A DNA stretch of 64,000 nucleotides from the human T2T-CHM13v2.0 reference genome, Homo sapiens, in the NCBI RefSeq assembly GCF_009914755.1, contig NC_060926.1. One strand, written 5' to 3'. Of this stretch, positions 24,784 through 38,105 are shown one piece after another. How positions within the stretch are numbered: the stretch's first letter is position 1; the number at the start of each line of letters is the position of its first letter. Both the position numbers and the translations under genes were made by a program. The notes beneath the pieces were generated by a model. It had not been told where the DNA came from, made no database searches, and worked only from the letters and a program-made list of their open reading frames with translations.

Positions 24784-25751
24784 TGTGGGAAAAAGAAAGA
24801 GAGATCAGATTGTTACTGTGTCTGTGTAGAAAGAAGTAGACATAGGAGACTCCATTTTGTTCTGTACTAAGAAAAATTTTTCTGCCTTGAGATGCTGTTA
24901 ATCTATATAACCTTACCCCCAACCCTGTGCTCTCTGAAACATGTGCTGTGTCCACTCAGGGTTAAATGGATTAAGGGCGGTGCAAGATGTGCTTTGTTAA
25001 ACAGATGCTTGAAGGCAGCATGCTCGTAAGAGTCATCACCACTCCCTAATCTCAAGTACCCAGGGACACAAACACTGCTGAAGGCCGCAGGGACCTCTGC
25101 CTAGGAAAGCCAGGTATTGTCCAAGGTTTCTCCCCATGTGATAGTCTGAAATATGGCCTCGTGGGAGGGGAAAGACCTGACCGTCCCCCAGCCCGACACC
25201 CGTAAAGGGTCTGTGCTGAGGAGGATTAGTATACGAGGAAGGAACGCCTCTTTGCAGTTGAGACAAGAGGAAGGCATCTGTCTTCTGCCCGTCCCTGGGC
25301 AATGGAATGTCTCGGTATAAAACCCGATTTTATGTTCCATCTACTGAGATAGGGGAAAACCACCTTAGGGCTGGAGGTGGGACATGCGGCAGCAATACTG
25401 CTCTTTAAGACATTGAGATGTTTATGTGTATGCATATCTAAAGCACAGCACTTAATTCTTTACCTTGTCTATGTTGCAGAGACCTTTGTTCACGTGTTTA
25501 TCTGCTGACCTTCTCTCCACTATTATCCTATGACCCTGCCACATCCCCCTCTCCGAGAAACACCCAAGAATGATCAATAAATACTAAGGGAACTCAGAGG
25601 CCGGCGGGATCCTCCATATACTGAACGCTTGTCCCCTGGGCCCCCTTATTTCTTTCTCTATACTTGGTCTCTGTGTCTTTTTCTTTTCCAAGTCTCTCGT
25701 TCCACCTAATGAGAAACACCCACAGGTGTAAAGGGGCAACCCACCCCTTCA
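24784..25751 (+). mobile_element. HERV-K(HML-2) solo LTR (LTR5 / LTR5_Hs-type), 968 bp
   Basis: TGTGGGAAAAAGAAAGAGAGATCAGATTGTTACTGTG...CCACCCCTTCA; TATAAAA at ~25316, AATAAA at ~25576; TSD TTGCT at 24779-24783 and 25752-25756. Confidence 0.95.
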
Positions 25752-25886
25752 TTGCTGATTTGTGAGCGTGCTTTAAGGTGAAAAAAGCATGAATGTTAAC
25801 TTCCTTAAAAAGGTACAGCATCCAATTCAAATATTTTTGTCCTGATTTTAATGCTAGTTGATGTAGTGCTATTAAAATTTTGTTCA

Positions 25887-26074
25887 ACATGGACACAGAG
25901 AGGGGAACAACACATACCAGGGCCTGTTGCGGGGTGGGGATGAGGGGAGGGAACTTAGAGGACAGGTGAACAGGTGCAGCAGATCACCATGGCCCACATA
26001 TACCTATTTAACAAACCTGCACGTTCTGCACACGTATCCCATTTCTTTTTTTTTTTAAGAAATAGAAAAAAAAA
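25887..26074 (+). mobile_element. L1PA-type 3' end fragment inserted in the CDK8 pseudogene UTR
   Basis: catggacacagagaggggaacaacac...aacaaacctgcacgttctgcac plus tail; TSD TAAAATTTTGTTCA at 25873-25886 and 26075-26088. Confidence 0.88.
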
Positions 26075-26943
26075 TAAAATTTTGTTCACTGATTCTTCCA
26101 TTTTAAAACTTGTTTGCATGTGGTTTAGGATGCCCTTACTTCAGCAAAGGAGAAGGAATAGGAGGGCCTTAGAATTTTTGAGGGAAAAAAACCCTATAAC
26201 ATACATTGTACTGTATCAAACTATTTTACATGAATGACACAAGTATTCTGAATAAAAAAATAATTGAACATTGTTAAGAACAAGGTGTCATGTAATTTAT
26301 TTTTCATAAATAAAAAAATTATAGTGGCTTAGACTGAAAGGAACAGAGAATTTAAAAAATTAAAAAGAAGCCTTAGTATATTATTCTATATATTTTATAT
26401 GTGCCATATTTGCCATAATTGGATGAGGCTTTTGGGACCCTTGGGAGGTTGTGAGTATATTTTGCATAATGGAGGAATAGAAATAGTTTGTACCCAAAAG
26501 ACAGATTGTGATAGATGCAAATTTGTTGACACTTATCCCATTGAGAGATGTCCTCTATATGTTCTCCTCTTGAATTGGTGCAGGTTCTGTGACTGATCAA
26601 TAGAACATGGCAGAAATGAAGCTTTTGCCAGTTTCTGGGCCAACGTCTTAAGAGACTGTGAACTTTCAATATTCCTCCACTCTTCTGTAGGTTGTGATAC
26701 TTGCTCTTGGAATCCAGCTGCCATTCTGTAAAGAAGCCCATGCAGCCCGAGAAGGGGCCATAGGAAGAGGAATTGGGGCCCTTGGTCAACAGCTCCCTGT
26801 CAATTGTAAGCACCAATTTGCTGGCCACTTCAGGGAGCCATCTTCTGTGTGACCCTCCAGTCTCAGTTATACTTCCTGACACTGCGGGAACGGAGACGAG
26901 ATGTCCTCATTGAGCCCTGCCCTGCCCAAACCACAGATCTTGA

Positions 26944-27177
<234 letters not shown>

Positions 27178-30100
27178 TAGATAGCAGAGATATTTTGATT
27201 TTTGTAATTTTTTGCTGTAACCGTCTTCTACTACATTAAATTATCTAAAACATGTGAAGGAGGTAGAAAAAGATGAGGTGGCTGCACATCCACTTCTACA
27301 ACAAGGTGACCACAGAAAGTAGCCATGAGTGAGAGGGAAGGGGCAAAGACTAGGTTAAGTCAGGGAGTGAAGTTGGGCTCAGGGAAGACTTCTGCTCTTT
27401 TTCATTCTTCTTAACAATCAGGGAGTCCAGGCAGAAGTGGCCTGTCCCATCTCTTCTTCCAGGTGCTCATTTAGACTCAGTTAACATCTCTCCCCACCTC
27501 CTCCCTGTACCCCTCTTCTTTAACACACGAAGGACCTTCTGGAGACTTCTCTCAACTAAGCCCCACCAAGGGCTTACTTCTGTCTATGGCCCCTTGGCTA
27601 CTTGATGATTTCATGTTCTTTATTTTTTTTGGGCAAATATTCCTTAATGTTTTTAATTTTTAATTTGTTAGGATCATTATGTTTCATAATGCCAAAAACA
27701 GATGGTCAACTTAGGGAAAAAACGTATAAAGCACTTAGGAACATATGTAACAATGAGTACTATGATGCATATTGACTGAGCACATAATACATGTTAGGTA
27801 CTCTCTCTCTCTCTGTGTATTGCACTTAACTCTTACAACAACCCCAGCACACAGATAAAGGAACAGGGGCTTTGAGGCTGAGCAAATTGCCCAAGGTCCC
27901 ATGGCTGATAAGTGGGAGAGAGGCTGTAGTTTTCTGTCCCAAAGGCCATGGTCCTAACTATTATACTATGCATCATCTTAAGCACTATGAATGTTTAATG
28001 TCTGTCCTTCCTGTCTTTTATGTGTGTGTATTTATAAATATAGAGGCATGCATGGAAAAATTCATTTATAACCTATTTTTGTCACTAACAGTATATCTCC
28101 AATGCCTTTCTGTCACAAGATAGCCTTCTACAGATCATTTTTAACAGCTGCATGACGTTCTATTGAATGTGTAATGATATGCAGAAAACCTCATGCTCTT
28201 TTCAGCCATTACAGGAGTTTTTAGTAAGGGGAGACCCACCTTTGTTAGGAGAACTTCTTGTTAGTCTTCCCTGGGGATTGGGACTCCTCAAATTGTACCA
28301 AAATAACAAAATATGGTCATTAAAATGTGTTTGAAAGAGTTTGTCCTGTTTATTATCCTGGCCTTTGTTTTGGTGAAGTCTGATGTAGGTAAGGAATAAA
28401 GATTGGGCAGGAGTGGGGGAGGAGGGCTGAGTAAAATAGTTTTCAATAAGGAGGGGTGAGACTGGAGCTAGTCAAGTTTTGGTTGGAAGTAAGGAGTGGG
28501 TGATGGAGGAAGGAGGAGCAAGGGAGGGAGAGGAGAAGAGAAAGGAGGGGAAGGGAGAAGAAGCCATCCAGGATCTAGTGGTTTCCTGACTAGACTGAGG
28601 CATGGAAAAAAGGGACAAGTGACTGATGGGGTCATAAGTTGTTTTCTGTGGGGCTACACTGTAAACCCTCTCCACTTCTCCTACAAGTCTCCAGCATCTT
28701 CTATATTGCTAAGATGTATTTGAGTCCAAGAGGTCCCTCTTTGGCATGGGAAGTTCGAAGGTGAGGAAAGAGGACAGCTTCCATGTGGGTTATATATGGA
28801 CGTGCTGCAATTCATTGAAGAGATTTCATATTGTTGGACATTAGGTACACCCTGTAAGCTCAGCAGTGAGGTGAATATTTCTTTAGAATATAGCCTCTAA
28901 AGAGGATTCTAGGTTAAAGAGTAGGCACAGGACAAGGCTTTTAGTATATTTGAAAACTTTAGAAATGGAAATGTTTTTGGGGGGCGAGTTGTCTTAATAT
29001 TTCATTTTTCTAGCTTGTGTGACATCCTTTTGAAAGCAGCAATTCTGGCCTTTGTGAGAGATGGTGAATGCCTGCAGGTGTGTGGACCAGTGCGTCCCTT
29101 CCTTCCTACATGCACGGCCCCAGCTGGGCCCAGCAGAGTGCTGTTACAGAATAATTTCCAAGGGCTGTGTCTCTAACCTTTGGTCTTGTCCCCCATTGCT
29201 GTAGATTTGGCCAATTGACTTCATAAGTGCCTCTTATGAACATAGATGTTGGCAATGGAAGTTGAGGACCAGTCAGTGGTTGTTTTATTGAACACACAGC
29301 GTAAATCCCAACACAATGCTGACCTAAGAGAATTCCAGCCACTCTGATTCTCAGTCTCTTTATATCTGAAAGGGTTCTGTTCCACTTTTTCCCAGATCAA
29401 AATGTCCCTGCAGCTACTCAGCAGAGCTGTCGCAACTTATACGTAGAAGAGGTAACAGTCCACAAACAGAAAGGCACAGGATGAGAGTGGTCTGGGTGAT
29501 GCTTCCTGTGGGGGAAAAGGTGATGAGGGTGCATCTGCACACCTATGTTCATAGGTAAGTCTGGGAGGAGGTGACCTCCCCTTTGGTTGAGGTGCTGAGG
29601 CGTCTTGTTAGAATGGCACTATTCCATTTATCTGATGCATTCTGTGGGAATTTTGTGGTATGGCCACCACAGGTACCATGCTGGGAACAATGCCAGATAC
29701 TGCCTGCTAAGCCACAGCATGAGTCACATGAGCATTTGTGGGCTTTGGGAACTAAAGTTATTGAACGATAGTTATCTGAAAAGGAATTTAGGGAAAGAGA
29801 ACTTTAGTCCAGCGAACAGTTTGCAAACCAGGGGGAGGCAGCCTTCAGCATAAAATGAAGACGTGTGTGCCCCAAATAACAAAGGGAGAGTTTGTCTTTT
29901 AGAGAGTAAGTTTCCACCCAGGTTCCACTTAGGCAAATGAAAGATGCAAACTTGCTTAGTTCTGATTTGTTTACATTTGCTGAATTCGGATTGGTCCGTG
30001 CAGGCTTTTCTGGGAACTCCAAATACATGTATGACCTCTAGTCATACATGGCAAATGGCCGCTTGGCTCTAATTTGAATTTAGGCCCAGTTAGTCACTCA

Positions 30101-30671
30101 GGATTAACCTTTTTCAGGGTTCACAGCTCTGAACAATGGACTTAGACCTGCAGGACATAGTCTGTTCCTAACTCTGGGACTACCTGTGCCTTTTGACTGT
30201 GCCCAGTGAGCAGCTGTGGCTCTGGGCCCAGACCCACAGGGCGATAAGGCACAGAGGTACGCATGGAGCAGGCTGTCCTTGCTGAGTGATCATGAAGATA
30301 CACTTACATAGAGCAGCACTTTTCCTTCCAGTCTTTGTGATTTAACTCATTAGATCCTTATAACAAGAGTCAGTCCTCTATTTAACCCATGAAGCACAGG
30401 TGGAGTCCAAGCTTAGTTTGTGAAGGATGAGCCAAAAGGATTCTTCTCTTGTAGACCTCAAGCTCAGCTCTCTCCATGGGCCCTGGAGTAGGTGAGAAGG
30501 CCTCTGTCTTCCAGAGCCCACTGCCAATCATCTACATTTTCTGTTAGCCCAATTCTAGGACATTGCTTTACCAACTGAAGGGTGAGAACTATCATAAGTT
30601 ATAAAAATCAATTGAAAAACAAAAAGGTACAGAACAGAAAATAAAAGATGAGAATCTATTAAACATAGTGA

Positions 30672-31225
30672 TGTTACTGGAAAAGGGGGTCTCAAACCAG
30701 ACCCCAAGAGAGAGTCCTTGGATTTCACACAGGAAAGAACTCAAGGTGAGTTGCAGGGTGCGGTGAATTGAGAGAGTTTATTGAAAGCTATTCCATTACA
30801 AAGTAGAGCATCCTCAGACAGCAAGTGGAGGAACATGCCATCATTAAATTTTTCTTATATAGGAATCTTGTCTATATAAAGACTAAACTAAGCTGTGGCT
30901 ATGTGTGGGTGGGCTGACAGCATGAAAACATTTATTCTCCTATTGATTTAAAGAGAACTATCCTTGACATTTTAGTGTGTTTAAGTACATCAAAGCATAA
31001 CTATAATTATCTTGAAAGCATATATTTTTATAGGGATTGGGACATCTGGGCTTTCTGTTGTTGTAGAAGTTTGTCCTTGCAGGGATTACCAAGCCACTTC
31101 CTTAGCTGTAAACATCTTAGGGCCATGGGTCCTGACTGGCAAGGAATGTGTCTTGCTAGTTTTAAGATGGGCTTGATTTGAAAATGGTGTCCATCTGGCT
31201 CTCCTAGGCTCCTGCTTTCCTAACA
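30672..31225 (-). mobile_element. ERV1 solo LTR (MER41-group)
   Basis: TGTTA...TAACA termini; ccagaccccaagagagagtccttggat is a MER41-type 3' end; near-TSD GTGA/GTAA. Confidence 0.7.
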
Positions 31226-32015
31226 GTAAGGGTAAATGCTATGTTATGAAATGTCATTTCTGCCTTTAGCTTGCAAACTCTTGATGGTGAAATTCTCCTG
31301 TCCGTTTTCAGTGGGGTATTTATTCTGCATCCACGTCTTCACAAGGAGCTGAAAACAAATTGGATGGAAGCAACTGGGTTTTATGGGACACGTTAATGTT
31401 TTAATGTCATTTGGTGTGGAATTCAGATGTCCAAGCAACATTTTACACTACAAATCTGCAACTTTAATAATCACTCAAAGTACCTGAACCTCAATGCTTT
31501 CAGACAGACTTGGTATAAAGCCACCACCTCTTTCTATTATGGCAGCCCTATCCTGAGGACACAAATTTCTGCAGGGCTTCTGGCATATCTCTGATTAAAC
31601 AAATGTCAACAAGGTTAAAACAAATGTCATCTCTGATTTGTTTGTTTTAAAGCCTGGATTTACTCATTGAATATTTCACTCCTACTAGCATGTCTTGTAG
31701 TAGTTTTCTTCAGGGACCCTAATTATTGCTATTAAAAATATGTGTGCAGCTACATGTTTTTTTTTTATCAATTTGCAATGAAAACTTTAATTGAATAATC
31801 TATTAGTGTTATTATTTGAAAGTGAAATCTTTTCCTTTTGCTTTCTTGTTCTCACACATAGTGCAGACAGTTTCCACACGGGCTCATAAAAGGAATGATT
31901 CTGCCTTGTGTGAACTTTTTGCCTTTATTGTTAATTGCACCATTTTGTGACTGGCTTCTTGACCCTGTTGTAACCAAGCTCATAATGTACATTATTTCTT
32001 ATTTTGCAGTTGTAG

Positions 32016-32372
<357 letters not shown>

Positions 32373-33639
32373 TAGTTGCAGGTGCTATTCTGAGCTCAGG
32401 GCTCTGGCAGCTACAAGCCCAAGATGCGGTCTCCAACATGTGGCCATTCAATGTCATGGCGCCCTCTACTGGTCCTGGGAAGCGCAGCTCTGCCAGTAGC
32501 TCCAGCAGGGCACAGCTGTTAAGTCGTGATGTTCTACAGGTGACCAAAGGGCAATCTCTGGACTCCTTAGCCGCTAGGTCCTCTCTGTAGCAGGACCCAG
32601 GAGAAGGCAGGGGCTGAGGATGGCTCTCTTAGACATTTGTGATGAACCAAACGTGTGCATTCATGAAACTTCTGTGAGCAAGCAGGTGAGTAGAGTTGGG
32701 TTATAAAAAGTCTTAGGGTCTCACTACAGAGATGGACTTGCTGTGTAGATGGTGCAGAGCCGCTGAAGAGTTCTACTTGGGGTAATGGTGTGATTGGGTT
32801 TGCGTTTTAGGAAGATTTCTTGGCCAGAATGAGGCGGGCAACCCAGAGCAGGGAGTGGCCAGAGGTGGGTGTGCAGTTATGGGCCAGTAATCCAGGTGAT
32901 AAATGGTGTCTCTGAGCTTCAGGTGGGGGTGCCACATGTCTCCATCTGCTCTGTACCCTTGAGACTGGCCTTATGGGCTGCCTTAGTGGTCTGTTGTCCT
33001 CTATCTCCTGGTTGGGCTCAGGCAATGGGAGATCAGAGGGAGGAAAGAGAGCTTGGTTAGAGTGCACCCGCGCCCCTTCAGGTTGGCAGTGGCCACATTC
33101 CCCTATACAGAAGGCCACAGTTTCTGTCAGTGGCCCTCCCACAGCCCCAGCTTTCTCAGTGGGCCAGCCACCTCCCCATCCCTTGCTCCTCCTCCTCCAG
33201 AGAGGGTTGTGGATTTCCACTGTCAGCAGTGCCTGGAGCTCCACCATCTCCTGCTGCTTCCTCTGGACCTGCCTGCAGTTTTATAAATAACCTTTCCTTA
33301 CATTACCTCCAGCATGCACCTTTTGTGTGTATACTCTGCCCCCTGTCATCACATGACTCATGCCAAAGAGTTTGAATTTTTTTCTCCAGGCAACGGGAGG
33401 TCATTGGAGGATTTTAGACATTGAGAACAGATGTGTATTGTGGAAATATCTGTCTGACTGAAGTGACCAGGATGGTCCAAAAGAGCGAGAATTTGAGGCA
33501 AGCAAACCATCAGCAGGCCAGCAGCAGAAATCCAGGTCATAAACAGGGAAGCTGAGGCTCACAGGGTTGGATCAGGGAATGGGAGAGGGAAGCCAAACAA
33601 TTCCATGAGCATGTCAGTTGCACATATGACTTGGTAACT

Positions 33640-33948
33640 ATTTTTATTTTTATTTTTATGTTTTGAGACAGAGTCTCGCTCTGTCACACAGGCCAGAGTG
33701 TAGTGGCATGATCACAGCTCTCTGCAACCTCTGCCTCCTAGGTTCAAACAATTCTCCTGCCTCAACCTTCCAGGTAGCTGGGACTACAGGTGCGCACCAC
33801 TACACCCAACTAAGTTTTGTATTTTTAGTAGAGATGAGGTTTCACTGTGTTGGCCAGGCAAGTCTCAAACTCCTGACATCAGGTGATCCACCCACCTCGG
33901 CCTCCCAGAATGATGGGATTACAGATGTGAGCCACTGTGCCCAGCCGG
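33640..33948 (-). mobile_element. AluS
   Basis: Full dimer in reverse. Confidence 0.9.
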
Positions 33949-34164
33949 TAGCTAATTTAAAAAAGCTGTAAATTTAATGTTTTGGGTTTTTTTCAGGCCA
34001 CAAAATGATTGTTTCAAAAATGTCAATAGCATCAAAATGTTCTGCTTTTCCCTGTCTTAAACCACTCCCCAACATTTCCCACACAAGCTGGGCTAAGCCA
34101 GCTGGCCCTTTCATTGGTGTTAAACCTGGATCTTTCTGGAACCACTGTTAAATCACTTAGACTA

Positions 34165-35853
34165 GTCTAAGAGATATATGGTCACCAGCCTGTATAGTGT
34201 CATCAAAGTATAATGTGAGCCACCTACATGAGCCACATAGGTAATTTTAATTTTTTTTTGTACCTATGTTAACAAAAATGGAAAGAAATAGGTGAAGTTA
34301 ATTTTTCAAATATATTTTATTTAACCTAATATTCAAATTATTATCACTTCAAAATGCAATACATATAACATTGTTGAGACATTTTGCATTCTTTTTTTGG
34401 TGCCAGGTATTTTTTATTCTTAAAATATTTAATTGACAAATAGATTATATATATTCAATGTGATGATTTGATTTGACAAGCATCTCATTTTCTCTACTCT
34501 CAGGCTCTGGCAACTACCATTCTACTCTGTTTCCATAAAATTAACATTTTCATATTTCATATGTAAGTGAGATTATGTGGTATTTGTCTTTCTGTGTCAG
34601 GCTTTGATTTTACTTAGCATAATGTCCTCCAGGTTTATCCAGGTTATCTCAGATGTCAGGATTTTGCTGAATAATATTCCATTGTATATATATATGTACC
34701 TGATTTTCTTTATCCATTTATCTGTTGATGGACATTTAACTTGTTTCTGTATCTTGGCTATGGTGAATAACGCTGCAACGAACATAGGAGTGCAAGTATC
34801 TTATTGAGATACTGATATTATTTGAATGTATTCCTTGAAGTGGAATTGCTGGGTCATATGGTAATTCTATTTTTAATTTTGTTAGGGAATCTCCATACTG
34901 TTCTCCATAATGGCTGTACTAATTTACATTCCTATGAATAATGTACAAGGGTTTCCTTTCCTCCACACCTGGCCAACACTTATCTCATTTTTTAATAATA
35001 GCCATTCTAACAGGTGTGAGATGATATCTTGTTTTGATTTGTGTATTTCTCTGATGATTAGTTATGTTAAGCAGCTTTTCATACATCTCTTGGCCATTTG
35101 TATGTCTTCTTTTGAGGAATACCTATTCAGGTACTTTGCCCATTTTAAAAAAAAGTCAGGTTATTTGGCTTTTGTTACTGAGTTGTGTGAATTACTTATA
35201 TATTTTGGATATTAACCCTTTGTCAGATGTCAATATTTTCTCTCATTCCATACGTCATGTCTTTACTCTGTTGATTGTTTATGCTGTGCAGAAACTTTTT
35301 AGTTTGATATACTCTCACTTGTTTTTGCTTTCATTGCCTGTACTTTTGATGTTATATCTGAAAAATTACTGCTAATGCCAGTGTCAAGGAGCTCTTTCCC
35401 TATGTTTTCTTCTAGGAGTTTTATGGTTTTAGATCTTACATGTAAGTCTTTTTCTATTTTGAATTAATTTTAGATTTTGTGTAACACAAGGGTCTAATTT
35501 CTTTCTTTTGCATGTGGATATCTAGTTTTCCCAACACCACTTATTGAAGAGACTTTCCCCATTGTGTATTCTTGGTACTCTTGTCAAAGATTAGTTGACT
35601 ATACATGCACGGGTTTATTTCTGGGCTCTCTATTCTGTCACATTGACCAATGTGTCTATTTTTTTCCCAATGCCATACTGTTTTGATTACCACAGCTTTG
35701 TAATATAGCTTGAAATCAGGGCATGTACTAGGTCTTTGAAATCTGCTGTGTGTTTTATTCTCAGAGCACATCTCAGTTTGGACCAGTCTCATTTAAAGTG
35801 CTTGATACTCACCTGTGGCTAATGGCTGCAATGTTGGGAAGCACAGTGTTAGA
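34165..35853. mobile_element. MER33-like DNA transposon split by an L1MA-type insertion (about 34410-35722, - strand)
   Basis: The two MER33 halves flank an L1 ORF2/3' UTR piece (MFVAALFTIAK..KCPSTDKWIKK; [16 protein letters not shown]). Degenerate TSD gtgccaggt/gtactaggt. Confidence 0.75.
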
Positions 35854-36149
35854 CTTTTGCAGAGACTGCAGACAGACAATTTTCTGTTTTTTTTTTTCCA
35901 CCTTAGTTAGAGAGACAAATGAAAATATAAACTCACACAGTCCTTGCATTACCACTACAGTCCTAAAACTGGCCCAGGGCAGACACTTGGATGTTGTCAT
36001 TTCTTTCCTCAGCTCTGCGAACCCAGCAAAGAAAAGCTTTCAGTCTTCAATTGTCCCCATTCCTCACCTAGTGGCTTGTATTTTCACAGCCAGAGTGGAG
36101 GGGCTGGGGGAGACAGATAAGACAGCAGCTTGGCCAGCTCTTGGAAGAT

Positions 36150-36688
36150 GGAATATGCCAGTGGAAAATGGTCAGACTGTTTATATAAAATAACTCTGAT
36201 CCACAATCTGCAGAAATCAGCTCAGGAAACCCACTTATTATCCACAATAGCCAACCCAGGAAGCCTATTACCAGAAAGTCAGACTTGCAGGAAGTGAAGA
36301 CCACTATTTCTAGCAAACAATCCAGGGAGCCAGTCACTCCTGTAACAGTCAGTCAAAAATGGCCAACACTTGATTAATAACTGACAACTGCCCTAAATTT
36401 TTTGTTCCCTCTTCCAATGTAGGACCAACCAGAGAAAGCCAAACATGCTCCTAATCAATCACACAGGAGTCCCCATTTCTAGTTAGCCACCTGCAACTCA
36501 CCCACATCTACAGCTGCCACTCAGGGCATACATGAAGACTTCCCTTCTTTCTGCTATGAGGCTTTCTCCCCTGCTTACTTCTGAGTCTCTGCCAAGCAAG
36601 TGATGGTTGCCGACTCCCTTGTCAGAGCAAGCTCTGGATAAATAGTCTTTGTTTGTTCTCATTTGGGTGGTCTTTGTTTATTTCCACA
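36150..36688 (+). mobile_element. ERV-type LTR relic
   Basis: Ends ...gataaatagtctttgtttgttctcatttgggtggtctttgtttatttccaCA; subfamily uncertain. Confidence 0.55.
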
Positions 36689-37487
36689 CCCAGCAGAGGG
36701 TAGAGTTGAAACCTTTACCCAACTTTAGGCATCCATCCATCTCTACAACACAGGCCTCACCCCTCCCCCAGCCAACAGCCTGATGTTTTTCAGCAGGTGG
36801 GTTCCCCTTCCCTTGTCAACCCCACCTGTCGTCTCAGCCTCCCAGAAGACTCACAGTCAACTTGAGACCATTTGTTTTTGGACTTCACTTTCCCTAGTCA
36901 TATTCATCTCCTGGGTTGGAGCCATAATTACCCTAAACACGGGCTAAGCTGGAGCTGCTCCATGCCTCAGACTGCCATTTCATTGCATGGCATGGCCTTC
37001 ATCAAATGATTCCATCTGACATTTTAAAGAGAAAATTGAAGCCAGCAGGTGAGCACAGCCTCACATTTACCACCAAACCTTCTTCCTGAACCATCTTGGC
37101 ATCTGTCCCTCCTCCCTCCCTCTTGCTACACTGGGGGAGGTCCTTCTTCTGTTCACAGACGGCTTCTGCTCTGGATTCTGAGTCCCAATCCTCTCAGCCT
37201 TCCCAGGACCTTTACACCATGTTCTTCTCTTCTGAATATTGGGTGCTCCTGTCTGAACTGGATCCTTCCTGTAGAAATTTAAAGCTCAATGCTTCTCATA
37301 GTTAAAAACAACACAACAACAGTATCTCTTTACCTATGTTCTTACCTGAGCTGTAGTCCTGGCTCCCCACCCCTTTCAACCCAGGTGTGAAGAGTGGTTT
37401 CTGCTGTCTTAGTTCCTTGTTGCTGCTCACTACTGGCCTGCCCTGTGCCCTCCTTTTCACTTGCTCAGCCTTGGTGAGGGGAACCAG

Positions 37488-38105
37488 CTGAGGGAGAAGA
37501 AAAGGAAAAATCTGATAGGTAGACAGTTAAGGCTAGTCTTCAGAGAAGCAGCCTGCCTGAAAAATCATAGCTACAGGCAAAAATAGAGCAGCCTGGGGAA
37601 AACTCAGGCTGCACCTGAATAGATAAGCGGCACAGAAGCCTCTTGTTCTTTGTACGATCAGTGAGCTCCCAGAGAAAGCTTCCTCCACTTCTCAGATATG
37701 CACATGGTGGGCTCCATGGGAGCTTACACAGGGAGGGGATGGGGGCTTGCCTAAAACAAACCCACAGTTATACAAACAAGAGAAGCTACACTTTATGCTT
37801 ACCTGGAGACATCCCACAGCTGCATAGATAAGGGAGAGTTATACAGACAGTTTTATAGGTAAGAGAAGTTACTCAAACAGCTGCAGATATGAGAAGAGTT
37901 TCTTATAAAAGCTTTTGGATTCAGCTGTCAAAGTGGCAACCCACTCAGACTCCCCTCTCCACTGCAGAGAGCCTTCTTCTTTCACTTATTAAATTTTTGC
38001 TTCAACCTAACCCTTTGTGTCCATGCTCCTTAGTTTTCTTGGTCATGAGACAATGCATGCAGATAACATCTGAGACAATAAGACCTTTGACCCTGACCTG
38101 TTTTA
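37488..38105 (+). mobile_element. ERV1-type solo LTR
   Basis: TGAGGGAGAAG start, repeated cagataag motifs, TATAAAA at ~37904, ATTAAA at ~37988, ccatgctccttagttttcttggtcatgagac U5-like sequence. Confidence 0.6.

Larger units (their letters stand above)
23155..26316 (+). pseudogene. CDK8P2: 5'-truncated processed pseudogene of cyclin-dependent kinase 8 (probably CDK8P2)
   Basis: Intronless CDK8 from LADLDP..VTFWY*APELLL*..HYTKAID through [27 protein letters not shown] to ...QTHGY* (23984). Stops at 23194, 23215 and 23564, plus frameshifts. The 3' UTR-like tract ends in AATAAA/A-rich sequence. Degenerate TSD at 23138-23154 vs 26317-26333 (13/17). The P2 suffix is from recall. Confidence 0.9.

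Noticed and set aside
30672-31225. MER41-group LTR as an interferon-gamma/STAT1 enhancer
   Set aside because: No TTCNNNGAA GAS motif found by eye in this copy; the subfamily appears to differ from the GAS-bearing ones.
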